From contig OY782041.1 of assembly GCA_963677595.1 (NCBI GenBank), positions 2,720,001-2,784,000 on the forward strand: DNA of 64,000 nt, in the 5' to 3' direction. How positions within the stretch are numbered: the stretch's first letter is position 1; each line of letters opens with the position of its first letter. A model generated the notes under the pieces. The model worked only from the letters and a program-made list of their open reading frames with translations, ran no database searches and had not been told where the DNA came from. Made by a program: the position numbers and the translations under genes. Below are positions 48,422 through 58,389 of this stretch, piece by piece. This stretch comes from Spirochaetia bacterium (GTDB lineage Bacteria; Spirochaetota; Spirochaetia; CAKZLE01).

Positions 48422-48841
48422 GTGAAGAACCTGCGGTATCTGCTGGTACTCATCGCCATAGTGCTCGTCACCGGCTGTGCCACGTCTCATGAGGTGTATC
48501 TCGATCCCCATCTCAGCCTTGATGCCCGCGGGTCTGCGATCCCGGTCATGCTCAGCATGACAGATACGCCTGCCGACAGCCGTGAGGACACCTTCAAGAG
48601 CGGCAGGACCGAGAGTTTCCAGATCCTCAATATGGGGTACGTCACCATGACGATCAATGAGAGCTCGTATGTGGACGCTCCGCTGGGAGAACAACTGCAG
48701 GCGGTGTATGCTGCGGGACCGGAGTGTATCATGGTGCGGGAGCTGGAGATCCATGAGCAGGACCTCATCTCCTTCCTCATGGGGATGTTCATGAGCCAGA
48801 CCAGCCTGGTCATGACTACCGAATCCGGGGGCCTGCCGTGA
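48422..48841 (+). CDS. Hypothetical lipoprotein
   Basis: GTG start after GGGAGG; lipobox VTGC. Confidence 0.7.
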   Translation: MKNLRYLLVLIAIVLVTGCATSHEVYLDPHLSLDARGSAIPVMLSMTDTPADSREDTFKSGRTESFQILNMGYVTMTINESSYVDAPLGEQLQAVYAAGPECIMVRELEIHEQDLISFLMGMFMSQTSLVMTTESGGLP

Positions 48842-49401
48842 GAAGCTACCTGCATACCCTGCTCGCGCTCCTCCTATCCCTGGTCATGCTGGCCTCCTGC
48901 GCCACCTTCGAACAGACCGTGTCGGTTCTCCCGATCGATGTCGGGTTTCCGGTATCGGCAAGCTCTGCATTCCTGGTGCAGGACCGCATCTACCAGACGG
49001 GAGCCTACCGCGTGATCGAGGAGTTCTCCTTCAGGTCTACGGTAGAGAGCCCGGTCAGGGGCATGGATACGCTGGATCTTGACTTGAGTGGCGAGTTGAG
49101 GAGGATCCTCGATGAGACCGGGGCCGATGCCCTCGTAGAGCTGAGGTTCCAGCTCGTCGAGGCGAACACGGCCCCCCTGTCATGGATGAGCATCGCCTCA
49201 TCGTTCGCGGTATTGGGTGCAGGCTGGCTCGGCTACGGCATCTACTACCAGCTCGCAGAAGACCCCGATATCCTGGCGTATACGATCTCAGGCGGGAGCA
49301 CAGCAGCCCTCGGTCTCGGGGCCTACGTTCTCCTCCAGGCGACCGGCAGGGTCGTCTATGTGTATGAGGTATCAGGGAAAGCTGTTCGTATTGAAGAGTA
49401 A
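48838..49401 (+). CDS. Hypothetical lipoprotein with internal hydrophobic hairpin
   Basis: Lipobox LASC; FPVSASS, GADALVEL, two hydrophobic segments; GTGA overlap with previous gene. Confidence 0.7.
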   Translation: MRSYLHTLLALLLSLVMLASCATFEQTVSVLPIDVGFPVSASSAFLVQDRIYQTGAYRVIEEFSFRSTVESPVRGMDTLDLDLSGELRRILDETGADALVELRFQLVEANTAPLSWMSIASSFAVLGAGWLGYGIYYQLAEDPDILAYTISGGSTAALGLGAYVLLQATGRVVYVYEVSGKAVRIEE

Positions 49402-49661
49402 CGGGAAACAGGTACAGATGATCTTTTCGGGCAAAAAAGTATGCCGAGTTGCCCCGGCATGTAGAGTTGGTTGAGTGCTTACCAAAGAGATATGTATCTT
49501 TGGTAGATTTAAAATAACATAACTATGCTTAAATGTCAATATAAACAGTATCATAATATTTGTTAATAAAAATACCCGGCATCCTCCCTGTTTTTTCTGG
49601 ATATTTCTGACAAAATGGACTAAAGTGTTACTAATAGTAACAGCCTAGAAAAGGAACCATC

Positions 49662-50264
49662 ATGCCCAAGATCATTGACCACGAAGAGCGAAAAGATGAG
49701 ATACTCACCACTGCTCTGAAGGTTTTCGCCCGGGAAGGGTACAAGGACAGCAATCTCTCCCTCATCGCACAGGAGTGCGGGCTCTCCCGGCCAACGATCT
49801 ACCAGTACTTCCATGACAAGGAAGAGATCTACTATTATGCGGTGAAGCTCGTCACCGGGGATATGTTCCGCAAGTATGCCGATATAGCCTGGAACTCGGC
49901 CGGTTCCATCTCGGAGAAGCTCAAGGCGATCTGCATCGACATCATCACCATGGGGTACCGGAACCAGAAGTCGCTCATGGCCCTGGTGGATGTCATGATC
50001 CTCCTGCGCAAGGAGGGGAAGAACTTCACCGACGTCATACTCAAGCGGACCGCCAAGCTCAACATCCTCCTCAAGCGGCTGCTGAGGCTCGGGATCGAGA
50101 GTGGGGAACTCAAGCCGCTTTCGGTGAACGATGTCACCGGGCACCTGATGACCCTGCTCGAGGCCTTCTGTTTCCAGATCGCCTTCCTCGACTCCTATAA
50201 CCCGAAGGCCTCGATCGATCTGCTCACACTCTTCGTTGACGGCCTGAAGCAGGACGCCGCATAA
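49662..50264 (+). CDS. TetR/AcrR-family regulator
   Basis: MPKIIDHEERKDEIL..AL.VF...GY....L..IA..CGLSRPTIYQYF.DKEEI. Confidence 0.92.
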   Translation: MPKIIDHEERKDEILTTALKVFAREGYKDSNLSLIAQECGLSRPTIYQYFHDKEEIYYYAVKLVTGDMFRKYADIAWNSAGSISEKLKAICIDIITMGYRNQKSLMALVDVMILLRKEGKNFTDVILKRTAKLNILLKRLLRLGIESGELKPLSVNDVTGHLMTLLEAFCFQIAFLDSYNPKASIDLLTLFVDGLKQDAA

Positions 50265-50318
50265 GGTTTCACCATATTCTCATAGAGCTCCTCACTGGTT
50301 TCGCTGTATACTGTGTGT

Positions 50319-51056
50319 ATGAACAGACGACAACGTATTCGTGGATGGATCATCTTTCTCTCATTCCTGCTCTTCCCCGTCACCCTCAACTTCCTCTCCC
50401 CCTACCTGATCGCCGCGGGGGCAGGTGAGGGGATCCTCTCAGGCAGCTCCCTGTTCTTCCTCGGGCTGCTTGGTACCTCCCTCTTCTTCGGCAGAGGCTG
50501 GTGCGGCTGGGTCTGCCCTGCAGCAGGCTGTCAGGAGGCAGCCTCCCGTCTCACGGGAATGACTCCCCCGAAGCGGGTCCGCACCTGGGTGCAGTTCCTC
50601 ATCTTCGGCCTATGGATGGCGGGAATCATCGCGCTCTTCATCTCAGCCGGAGGGATCATCGCCGCCGACCCGCTCTACATGAGCGATTCGGTCATCTCAG
50701 TGGATGCACCGGCGAAGTACATCGTCTATTACGGAGTGCTCCTCATCATCCTCCTGCTGAACAGGTTCATCGGGAGCAGGGGGTTCTGCCTCTACCTCTG
50801 CTGGATGGCACCTTTCATGATCTTTGGCAGGAAGATCAGGAACCTCACCCACCTGCCGGCACTGGTGCTGAAAGCTGAAAGGTCACTCTGTATTTCCTGT
50901 CGTAGATGTGATAGAGTATGTCCAATGGGACTCCCGGTCACCGACAGTGTCCAGCAGGGGAGGATGGAGCATCAGAACTGCATCCTCTGCGGTTCTTGTG
51001 CTGATACCTGTCCCAAAAACGTACTGAAACTCACATGGAGCAGAGATGAGTCATAA
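50319..51056 (+). CDS. Membrane 4Fe-4S binding protein (NapH/MauN-like)
   Basis: FGRGWCGWVCP, FCLYLCW, CISCRRCDRVCPMG, CILCGSCADTCP; TATACT-6 nt-ATG. Confidence 0.88.
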   Translation: MNRRQRIRGWIIFLSFLLFPVTLNFLSPYLIAAGAGEGILSGSSLFFLGLLGTSLFFGRGWCGWVCPAAGCQEAASRLTGMTPPKRVRTWVQFLIFGLWMAGIIALFISAGGIIAADPLYMSDSVISVDAPAKYIVYYGVLLIILLLNRFIGSRGFCLYLCWMAPFMIFGRKIRNLTHLPALVLKAERSLCISCRRCDRVCPMGLPVTDSVQQGRMEHQNCILCGSCADTCPKNVLKLTWSRDES

Positions 51057-51750
51057 GAAGATACTGATCGTTGAGGATGAATACCCCATCGCCAAGGCGA
51101 TCCATGACGGCCTGGTCGACGAGGGCTATGAACCTGAGATCGCAGGGAGCGGGGAGGAGGCGTTCAAGAAGGATATCGCATCCTTCTCGATGGCCATCCT
51201 CGACATCAGGCTGCCGGGGATGGATGGCTACGAGGTCTGCCGGAGGATCCGGCAGGAGGAGCACAACTTCCCCGTCATCTTCCTCTCGGCACGCGATGAG
51301 GTGACCGATAGGGTGATCGGCCTCGAGATGGGGGCTGATGACTATATGGTCAAGCCCTTCTCCTTCCGGGAGCTCCTCTCCCGGGTGAAGGCCCAGCTGA
51401 GACGGGCCTACGGGACGCTGGCGAACGAGCCCAAGAGTCCTGACCGGCTCGTCATCGGGCAGCTCGCCGTGGACCAGAAGTCCATGCGGGTCTTCCGGGA
51501 CGGGAAGGATGTCTATCTTACCCCGATCGAGTACCGCATCCTCTCGCTCTTCCTCGAATACCCGGGACAGGTCCTCACCCGCGACCAGATCATCACCCAT
51601 GTCTGGGGTGATGCCTGGACGGTGGACGATCCCAGGAGCGTCAATGTCCATATCAGGCATCTGCGGGAGAAGATCGAGGAAGACCCTGCCCAGCCGGAGC
51701 TGGTGAAGACCATCAGGGGCTACGGGTACCGGTTCGATCTCCAAGATTGA
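51046..51750 (+). CDS. OmpR-family response regulator
   Basis: ILIVEDE, ILDIRLPGMDG, GADDYMVKPF, LTPIEY, RSVNVHIRHLREKIE, KTIRGYGY. Confidence 0.95.
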   Translation: MSHKKILIVEDEYPIAKAIHDGLVDEGYEPEIAGSGEEAFKKDIASFSMAILDIRLPGMDGYEVCRRIRQEEHNFPVIFLSARDEVTDRVIGLEMGADDYMVKPFSFRELLSRVKAQLRRAYGTLANEPKSPDRLVIGQLAVDQKSMRVFRDGKDVYLTPIEYRILSLFLEYPGQVLTRDQIITHVWGDAWTVDDPRSVNVHIRHLREKIEEDPAQPELVKTIRGYGYRFDLQD

Positions 51751-51839
51751 GAAATCTTAATCTTGGCACAACCTGGTTTGAATACTCGATGACTATAGTA
51801 GAGACATCAAGAGAATGAGTATTCGAATGGAGGAATATC

Positions 51840-52847
51840 ATGAAACGAATTGATCGATACCTGAGTATCCTGGTACTTGGAGGACTGATTTTCTCAACAT
51901 CAGCCATATTCGCGAATGGGACGCAGGAACAGTCCTCTGAAACCCCGGAATACATCGGGGAGGCCGAGAAGCCGGAAGCAGCCGCAGCACCTGAAGCAGC
52001 CCTCCCTCAAGACGAGGCGACTGAGACAGCCGACGATGAACTGGCGCTCGTTGCCGGTGCAGGCGTGGTGATCACTGACGTGGTCGAGGACAGTGCCGCT
52101 GCCAAGGCAGGTCTGCTCCGGGGAGATGTCATCCTCTCTGTGAACGGTACCGAGGTAGCATCTGTCGCTGGGATCACCGACAGCATCAGCGGTCTCTCCC
52201 ATGGCGACGCGGTTACCCTGGCAGTCACCAGGGGTGGTGAGGATATGGAGATCACCCTCAACCTGGAGACAAGGATCGGCTGGCCGCTGATCGGCATCTA
52301 CGGGATGGGACAGCAGGAGTCACGAGGCCAGCGAGGCGGTATGATGAACAACGGCTGGCAGGACCTTGAGGACCTGTTCGGGCGTATGGGCGGCGGTAAT
52401 AACTACCGATGGGAGGACATGACCCCCGGTAACGGCCTGAGCCTCCGCTTCGACGAGAACTTCCCCGAGGAATACCTTGACCAGTATTATGCAGGGGATG
52501 CGGTCATCGTCACCGATGTCGTCGCTGACAGCCCTGCAGCAACAGGCGGGATCAACGCTGGTGCGGTCATCCTCGATGTTGACGGAAAAGAAGTTGCTGA
52601 CGGGGACCTGAAGAGCGTCATCCTCAGCTACAAGAGTAATGACGAGATCACGCTGACCGTCTACCAGGACGAGGAAGTGAGCGACATCACCATCACCCTC
52701 GGCGATGCCGACGGGAACCCGTCCCTCGGTGTCTACTACCATCCGGCAGGCGAAGCCATGATGCAGTACAACAACCAGTACGGCGGACAGGGGAATATGA
52801 TGCCCCAGGGCTTCCCCCGGAACAACTTCGACAGGCAGGACGGCTGA
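51840..52847 (+). CDS. Secreted protein with two PDZ domains and no protease domain
   Basis: Signal peptide FANGTQE; GVVITDVVEDSAAAKAGLLRGDVILSVNG and VIVTDVVADSPAATGGINAGAVILDVDG. Confidence 0.85.
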   Translation: MKRIDRYLSILVLGGLIFSTSAIFANGTQEQSSETPEYIGEAEKPEAAAAPEAALPQDEATETADDELALVAGAGVVITDVVEDSAAAKAGLLRGDVILSVNGTEVASVAGITDSISGLSHGDAVTLAVTRGGEDMEITLNLETRIGWPLIGIYGMGQQESRGQRGGMMNNGWQDLEDLFGRMGGGNNYRWEDMTPGNGLSLRFDENFPEEYLDQYYAGDAVIVTDVVADSPAATGGINAGAVILDVDGKEVADGDLKSVILSYKSNDEITLTVYQDEEVSDITITLGDADGNPSLGVYYHPAGEAMMQYNNQYGGQGNMMPQGFPRNNFDRQDG

Positions 52848-52869
52848 CCAAGAAGCTGTCCCGTAAGGA

Positions 52870-54366
52870 ATGAGTACGATGAAGAGTTTGAAGAATAGGC
52901 TGATCCTGAGCTACTTCGGTTTGACCCTGCTGACACTGCTGACGCTCGGGGGGCTGTTCTTCTTCATGGTGAACCGGTATTCCCAACAGGCCGAATCGGC
53001 GCTGTCCGAAGAGGTCCGGCAGCGGGCTTTGGGCCAGGTCTACGAGTTCATGCAGGAGTCCCCCGATATCGGGGAACTCCGCATCTTCATCGACAGTATC
53101 GAACGCGCACAGGGTGTGGACATCCAGCTCTCCGATGGGGAGGGTGAGGATGTCTTCTCCCAGTATACCGACAGTGCCATCTTCACGATCTCATCAGATG
53201 ATGAACTCTCCCAGATGCTCAACATGATGGGGCAGCAGGGGATGCGCAGCAACCCGAGGGGCCCCGGGATCCAGTGGCAGTTCTTCTTCGGGAAGTCGGA
53301 CCATGAGGACCTCGCAGGCCTCCTTTCTGACGGCCTGATCGATTTCTCCATAGCGGGAAGCGTCCAGACCGGTGAGCTTACCGTACACCCACCTGCCGGT
53401 GACCGGTTGAGCTATTTCAACCCCATCGGCATCATCTTCCTCATCGCAGCAGGATTCGTCCTGCTCATATCGGGTATCCTCGGGTGGAGGATCGGCGATT
53501 CCCTCACCAGGCCGCTGAGAGACCTGACCGGGGTGGTGAACCGGATGAGCGAGGGCGACCTGGATGCCAGGGTGGAGACCTCCTTGAAAGATGAGGAACT
53601 CAGCCAGCTTGCCGAGCAGATCAACACCATGGCCGGTGAACTCCAGGGGACGATCACGAGCCTGCAGCAGGAGCGTGACATCATGCAGCGGTTCCTCATG
53701 GATGCATCCCATGAACTGCGGACCCCGGTCACCGCATTGAGTGCCTATCTCGAACTCCTCTCCGGCAAGGCCGGATATGACCCGGACCGCAGGAACGAGT
53801 ACATCGAGATGTGCATCTCCCAGAATGACCGCAGTCGCGATATCATCGTGAACCTCCTCGACCTCCTGCGCATCGAGCAGTTCGAGGGGAAGGAGCAGAA
53901 GCACCTCGAGTCGATCAGTGTCCCTGAGCTTACCGACCAGGTCGTATCGATGATTAGCCCCATAGCTGAGGCCAAGGGAATCGGAATCTCCGAGACCGGC
54001 AGCCTCCCGGAGGATGCCTCCATCATCGGGGATAAGTTCCAGCTGACTACTGCATTGAAGAACGTCCTCGAGAACAGCATCAAGTACTCCCCAGCCCAGA
54101 GCCATATCTCGCTTGCCTCAGATATCACAGGTGGCGATGTGCGGTTCACCATCACCGACGAGGGCCCCGGGATACCCGAGGAGGACCTCGAACGGGTCTA
54201 TGACCGGTTCTTCCGGTCTACCAAGGCCACGGGTACCGGCTCCGGTCTCGGGCTTTCCATGGTCAAGCGCATCATTGAGAACCATGGCGGGCACATCGAG
54301 ATCACTAACAGGACGGAGAGTCCCGGACTGCAGGCTGTGATCAGTCTGCCGTTGGCAGAAGCTTGA
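52870..54366 (+). CDS. HAMP-domain sensor histidine kinase
   Basis: Two TM, HAMP (RPLRDL...M..GDL.ARV), DASHELRTP, NVLENSIKY, DEGPGI, GSGLGL. Confidence 0.95.
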   Translation: MSTMKSLKNRLILSYFGLTLLTLLTLGGLFFFMVNRYSQQAESALSEEVRQRALGQVYEFMQESPDIGELRIFIDSIERAQGVDIQLSDGEGEDVFSQYTDSAIFTISSDDELSQMLNMMGQQGMRSNPRGPGIQWQFFFGKSDHEDLAGLLSDGLIDFSIAGSVQTGELTVHPPAGDRLSYFNPIGIIFLIAAGFVLLISGILGWRIGDSLTRPLRDLTGVVNRMSEGDLDARVETSLKDEELSQLAEQINTMAGELQGTITSLQQERDIMQRFLMDASHELRTPVTALSAYLELLSGKAGYDPDRRNEYIEMCISQNDRSRDIIVNLLDLLRIEQFEGKEQKHLESISVPELTDQVVSMISPIAEAKGIGISETGSLPEDASIIGDKFQLTTALKNVLENSIKYSPAQSHISLASDITGGDVRFTITDEGPGIPEEDLERVYDRFFRSTKATGTGSGLGLSMVKRIIENHGGHIEITNRTESPGLQAVISLPLAEA

Positions 54367-54422
54367 GCTCTGCCTTTGCAAATTGTGACTGTATCAGGTA
54401 TACTGGTCATAAGGAGCGGGGG

Positions 54423-54974
54423 ATGCCGAGAAAGTTCACGACAGCAGAACAGGAACTCATATCTGGGAAACTGGTCACCGAAGGGATCGACCTCTTCACC
54501 GCATCAGGCTATGCCCATGTAACAGTCGATGAACTCGTGGAACGAGCAGGCATCTCGAAGGGGGCATTCTACCTCTTCTTTGACTCCAAGCTCTCACTCT
54601 ACTGGGAGGTCGTCCGCATCATCTCGGAACGGGTCGATGAACAGGTCCCGGAGTTGATCGACCAGGAACGAAAGCATCCTGACCGCATATTCCTGAGCCT
54701 TATAGAATTGTCCCATGACGTGCAGCAGCGCTATGCACTCTTGAATTCCACGGAGACCGCTCTCCTCACCGGGACCCCGCAGGTCAGGATCTCCGGGAAG
54801 ACGGTCGTGAACACCCTCAAGTCGATCGGGGTGGCCTGCGACTTCACACCGGCAGCTGTCGAACAGCTGCTTGCTGCTGTGGGGAGGGTCTCCTTCGGGG
54901 AGACAGAGACCGAGGGCGAACGGCTGTTGAACGAAGTGCTCGACACCGGGTTCTCGGCTTTCATACGGTACTGA
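54423..54974 (+). CDS. TetR-family regulator
   Basis: MPRKFT..EQE.I, LF...GY..VTVDELVERAGISKGAFYLFFDSK; AAGGAG RBS. Confidence 0.88.
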   Translation: MPRKFTTAEQELISGKLVTEGIDLFTASGYAHVTVDELVERAGISKGAFYLFFDSKLSLYWEVVRIISERVDEQVPELIDQERKHPDRIFLSLIELSHDVQQRYALLNSTETALLTGTPQVRISGKTVVNTLKSIGVACDFTPAAVEQLLAAVGRVSFGETETEGERLLNEVLDTGFSAFIRY

Positions 54975-54990
54975 TCCGCAGTCTACGAAC

Positions 54991-55626
54991 TTATGATGCC
55001 CGTATCTCCTTGAGGTAGTTGTAGAGGGTGGCTTGCGAGATGCTCAGCAGTTCGCAGACCTTGGGTACAGCCTTGCGGACATCGAAGACCCCTTTCTCAT
55101 CCAACTGCTTCAGGATGTTCAGGCGCGCATCCCGGGAGTTGATGTCGATACCAGTGTGCTTCATGCGTTCGATCTCGCTGAAGATCAGGTTGTTGGTCAA
55201 CAGGTCGATAGAATCTTCAGGATTCACCTCGGTGTGGTTCTGCTGCTTCGAGAACGGTTCCCTGATGTCCGTGAAGAAGGAGAGGAAGCTCTGGAAGCGT
55301 TCTATCTCGGCGATGTTCTGGTTGACGCAGAGGACATAGCGCAGCTCCCCGGAATCATCCCGGATGAACATGTTCGATGACCTCAACGGCAGCGAGTTGC
55401 TTGAGGTCCCCCGATACCCGCAGACGAAATCCTTGTTATGCTCGGCGAGTTTCTCCATGATCCGCACCAGGGCGGCATCGTCCTTGGCCCCGACCTGCCG
55501 GCCGGTGATCACCCCGTTCTCGAGTGCGATGATCTCTTGCTTCACCACATCATGCAGGGCGATCTCCGCGGAGGGCCCGATCACTTCAGCGACGAACTGT
55601 ACAAATTGTTTCAGTAACTGTTCCAT
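54991..55626 (-). CDS. YheO/DauR-like PAS + HTH regulator
   Basis: IG.SAEIALHD, NG.ITGRQVG, LRSS.MFIRD, LCVN, LDEKGVF.VRKAV..V...L.ISQATLYNYL. Confidence 0.9.
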   Translation of the reverse strand: MEQLLKQFVQFVAEVIGPSAEIALHDVVKQEIIALENGVITGRQVGAKDDAALVRIMEKLAEHNKDFVCGYRGTSSNSLPLRSSNMFIRDDSGELRYVLCVNQNIAEIERFQSFLSFFTDIREPFSKQQNHTEVNPEDSIDLLTNNLIFSEIERMKHTGIDINSRDARLNILKQLDEKGVFDVRKAVPKVCELLSISQATLYNYLKEIRAS

Positions 55627-55661
55627 ACATTCAACCTTCTCTTTCTATTATATGCATGGTT

Positions 55662-55739
55662 TAGAAAAAAATTACAAGTACTATTGACATATTTGAAATA
55701 TGGATGTAAAAATATTATTGCTACTAGAAAAATATTACA
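55662..55739 (+). promoter_or_regulatory. Promoter with two AT-rich operator-like sites, upstream of SLC13 gene
   Basis: TAGAAAAAAATTACA(55662-76), TTGACA(55684-89)-17-TAAAAA, TAGAAAAATATTACA(55725-39). Confidence 0.6.
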
Positions 55740-55843
55740 ATTTTTCATAGTGATCGATCTTGGGGAGAAAGACGGTCATGGGAGATCAGGTTCACGATCA
55801 ACATTCTGGATAGGATGAAAGCACTGCAAAAAGAGGTAATGAG

Positions 55844-57118
55844 ATGAGTTTTCAATTGATCGCTACATTGATTATTATAGCTGTCACTATAATAATGTTC
55901 GTGTCAAATAAAGTGGATTATGGTTTGGTCTGCTTCTTCATCGTTGTGTCCTTGACTCTTACGAAAGTCATGACAGCGCAGGATGCCCTGGCAAGTTTCG
56001 CGAATAACAACGTAATCCTGCTCGGTGCCATGTTCATCGTAGGTGCAGGTCTGACCAAGACGGGTATCACAGCGAATATAGCATCCCTGCTCTATGGAGC
56101 CAAGGGAAAACCGAAACTGCTGATTGCGATTGCCAGTATTGCCGGAGCTCTTATCTCTGCCTTGGTGAGTCCCGTCATCGCAGTCCCGGTATTGCTTCCT
56201 GTGTTGGCAGAGTTGGCTAATGAGAGCGGCATCAGCAGAAGCCGCCTCCTTTTCCCCATGGCAGCCAGCGTGAACTATGGTGCAGCTGTCACAATTTTAG
56301 GGTTTGGAGCATTCAACCCGATCTCCAACAACCTCATGATGCAGGCAGGTGGTACGATTCCGCTTCGCATGATCGATTTTACCATCGCAAGGGCGCCTTT
56401 TGTCGTCATCGCGATCCTCTACTTTGTATTCATCGGGTATAAACTACTGCCTGACACCCCTAACAGCAGTTTTAACGACTCATTTTCGTACAACCCTGAG
56501 AAAGAGGCAGAGATTGGCAAGCATAAGAAGCACCAGGCAGCTGTTATCTCAATCCTGACTGTTGCTGGGCTGTTTGTCTCTGATTATATCGCAATAGCAC
56601 CCTGGATCATCGCAGTTGCTGGAGCTGCTGCATTTATTGCCTTCGGCATCCTGAAACCCAATGACGCATACAGTTCCATCAGTGCCCCGACCATGTTCCT
56701 GTTTATTGGTATCCTGACCCTGAACAATGCGATGAATGCTTCTGGAGCATCCGAATTTGTCGGCGGGGTCCTGGCTAATGCCCTGGGAGGAGCGGTGAAT
56801 CCTTACTTCGTGCTCTTCATGCTGATGCTCGTCACGTTGGTCATGACCCAGTTCATGTCAAATATGATCATCGTTGTCTTTGCCGGAATCGTCGCCATGG
56901 TCTGTGTCCAGCTCGGATTCGATCCTCGAGCGGCTGTCATGGGAGTGCAGATCGCAGGAAGTGCTTCGATCCTGACTCCGATGGCCAGTCCCGTACAAGC
57001 TATGATCGCTGTTCCAGGACAATACCAGATCAAGGATTTCGTGAAGAGCGGGTTGCCGCTCGTTATCATAACCATCGTGATCGCGACGTTCTTCCTGCCG
57101 ATGCTGTTCCCGTTCTGA
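55844..57118 (+). CDS. SLC13/DASS-family permease
   Basis: About 12 TM; MFIVGAGL.KTG, SRLLFPMA, TQFMSN, LTPMASP, GQY..KDFVKSGLP. Confidence 0.88.
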   Translation: MSFQLIATLIIIAVTIIMFVSNKVDYGLVCFFIVVSLTLTKVMTAQDALASFANNNVILLGAMFIVGAGLTKTGITANIASLLYGAKGKPKLLIAIASIAGALISALVSPVIAVPVLLPVLAELANESGISRSRLLFPMAASVNYGAAVTILGFGAFNPISNNLMMQAGGTIPLRMIDFTIARAPFVVIAILYFVFIGYKLLPDTPNSSFNDSFSYNPEKEAEIGKHKKHQAAVISILTVAGLFVSDYIAIAPWIIAVAGAAAFIAFGILKPNDAYSSISAPTMFLFIGILTLNNAMNASGASEFVGGVLANALGGAVNPYFVLFMLMLVTLVMTQFMSNMIIVVFAGIVAMVCVQLGFDPRAAVMGVQIAGSASILTPMASPVQAMIAVPGQYQIKDFVKSGLPLVIITIVIATFFLPMLFPF

Positions 57119-57126
57119 GGTTATAG

Positions 57127-58302
57127 ATGAAAAACATATTGATCCATGGTGGTGATATCATACCATGTACGGGAGATGGGATTCTCAAGAACCATTCAGT
57201 TCTTATAGAGGAAGGCCGTATTGCTGCAATAATCCCTCAAGATACCCAATTGGATACAGAGGAGGCAGAAATCATTGATGCTGCAGGGAAATTCATCCTT
57301 CCTGGACTCATCAACTGTCACGAGCATGTCTTGTCGAATCCGGACAACCTGTCTTCTGCACCGGAAGTCTATGAGCACGTGATCATGTATGGGACCAAGA
57401 ACCTGGAGACCCTGTTGAACCATGGGTTTACGACGGTTCGCTCCATGGCTGACTTCCACAACCTTGAGATGGTGTTCCGGGATGCCGTCGAAGAGGGGAT
57501 CATCAATGGACCGTCACTGGTGGTCACCGGTATTGCCCTGTCCGCGACCGGGGGACACCTCAGTGAGAAGCTGCACTGCTGTGATACGGTCGCTCTTGCT
57601 GAACAGTATACGCAGGAGCAGTTGGCGAAAGGGGCTGATTTCATCAAGGTAATGGTGACTGGAGGAGTCACTACTGCCGGTACAGCAGACGAAGTCAAAA
57701 TTGATGAGGAGTGTCTGCGTGCAATCGTGAAGATCGCCCATGCGTCCGGGAAGAAGGTCTCAACGCACTGTATTGGCGGTAAGGGAGTCCAGATGGCTGT
57801 AAGAGCTGGTGTTGACTGCATTGAACATGGAAGCGGCTTGGCTGCGGAGAGTGCTGCACTCATGAAGCAGAACAATATATTTCTGGTGCCTACACTGATG
57901 CCTGCTTACATGAACGCAGTCTGCCCGAAGAACAAAGGCTTGCCTGAATTCATCAAAACTAAATCCGAGGAGTACCTTGCAGCTTCACGAGAAGCCATAG
58001 CGCTTGCACATCGTGAGGGACTCAGGATTGTCATGGGGACGGACGGTGGTGCGGTTAACACCCCGCATGAGACGGGTGCCTTCGAATTGAAACTGCTGCA
58101 TGATGCGGGATTGACTCCCATGGAATGTATCCTCGCTGCTACGAGGGACGCAGCGGACCTTCTGGAACTCCTGGAAGACAGGGGTACAGTAGAGGTCGGG
58201 AAACGTGCTGACCTCATCATTGTGGATGAGAACCCCCTGGACAACCTAGAGGTCCTTCAGCACGTGACCCATGTAATACAGATGGGTATGCTGGTGCGCT
58301 GA
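57127..58302 (+). CDS. Amidohydrolase (Xaa-Pro dipeptidase / metal-dependent hydrolase A subgroup), copy 1
   Basis: LPGLINCHEH, GFTTVR, ATGGH, GADFIK, STHC.G, CIEHG, MGTDGG, GTVEVGKRADL. Confidence 0.9.
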   Translation: MKNILIHGGDIIPCTGDGILKNHSVLIEEGRIAAIIPQDTQLDTEEAEIIDAAGKFILPGLINCHEHVLSNPDNLSSAPEVYEHVIMYGTKNLETLLNHGFTTVRSMADFHNLEMVFRDAVEEGIINGPSLVVTGIALSATGGHLSEKLHCCDTVALAEQYTQEQLAKGADFIKVMVTGGVTTAGTADEVKIDEECLRAIVKIAHASGKKVSTHCIGGKGVQMAVRAGVDCIEHGSGLAAESAALMKQNNIFLVPTLMPAYMNAVCPKNKGLPEFIKTKSEEYLAASREAIALAHREGLRIVMGTDGGAVNTPHETGAFELKLLHDAGLTPMECILAATRDAADLLELLEDRGTVEVGKRADLIIVDENPLDNLEVLQHVTHVIQMGMLVR

Positions 58303-58389
58303 TCGGGACTCTTGTACGATCCCGTGGTTCATCTTCTTAGTTCGTGGGGTCGGCATCAGGTATGATACAAGTCAAGGAAGGTCGAGACG

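Noticed and set aside
49440-49660. AT-rich intergenic stretch as possible sRNA or replication origin
   Set aside because: Only a weak hairpin and promoter-like boxes; no DnaA-box cluster or recognisable RNA structure.
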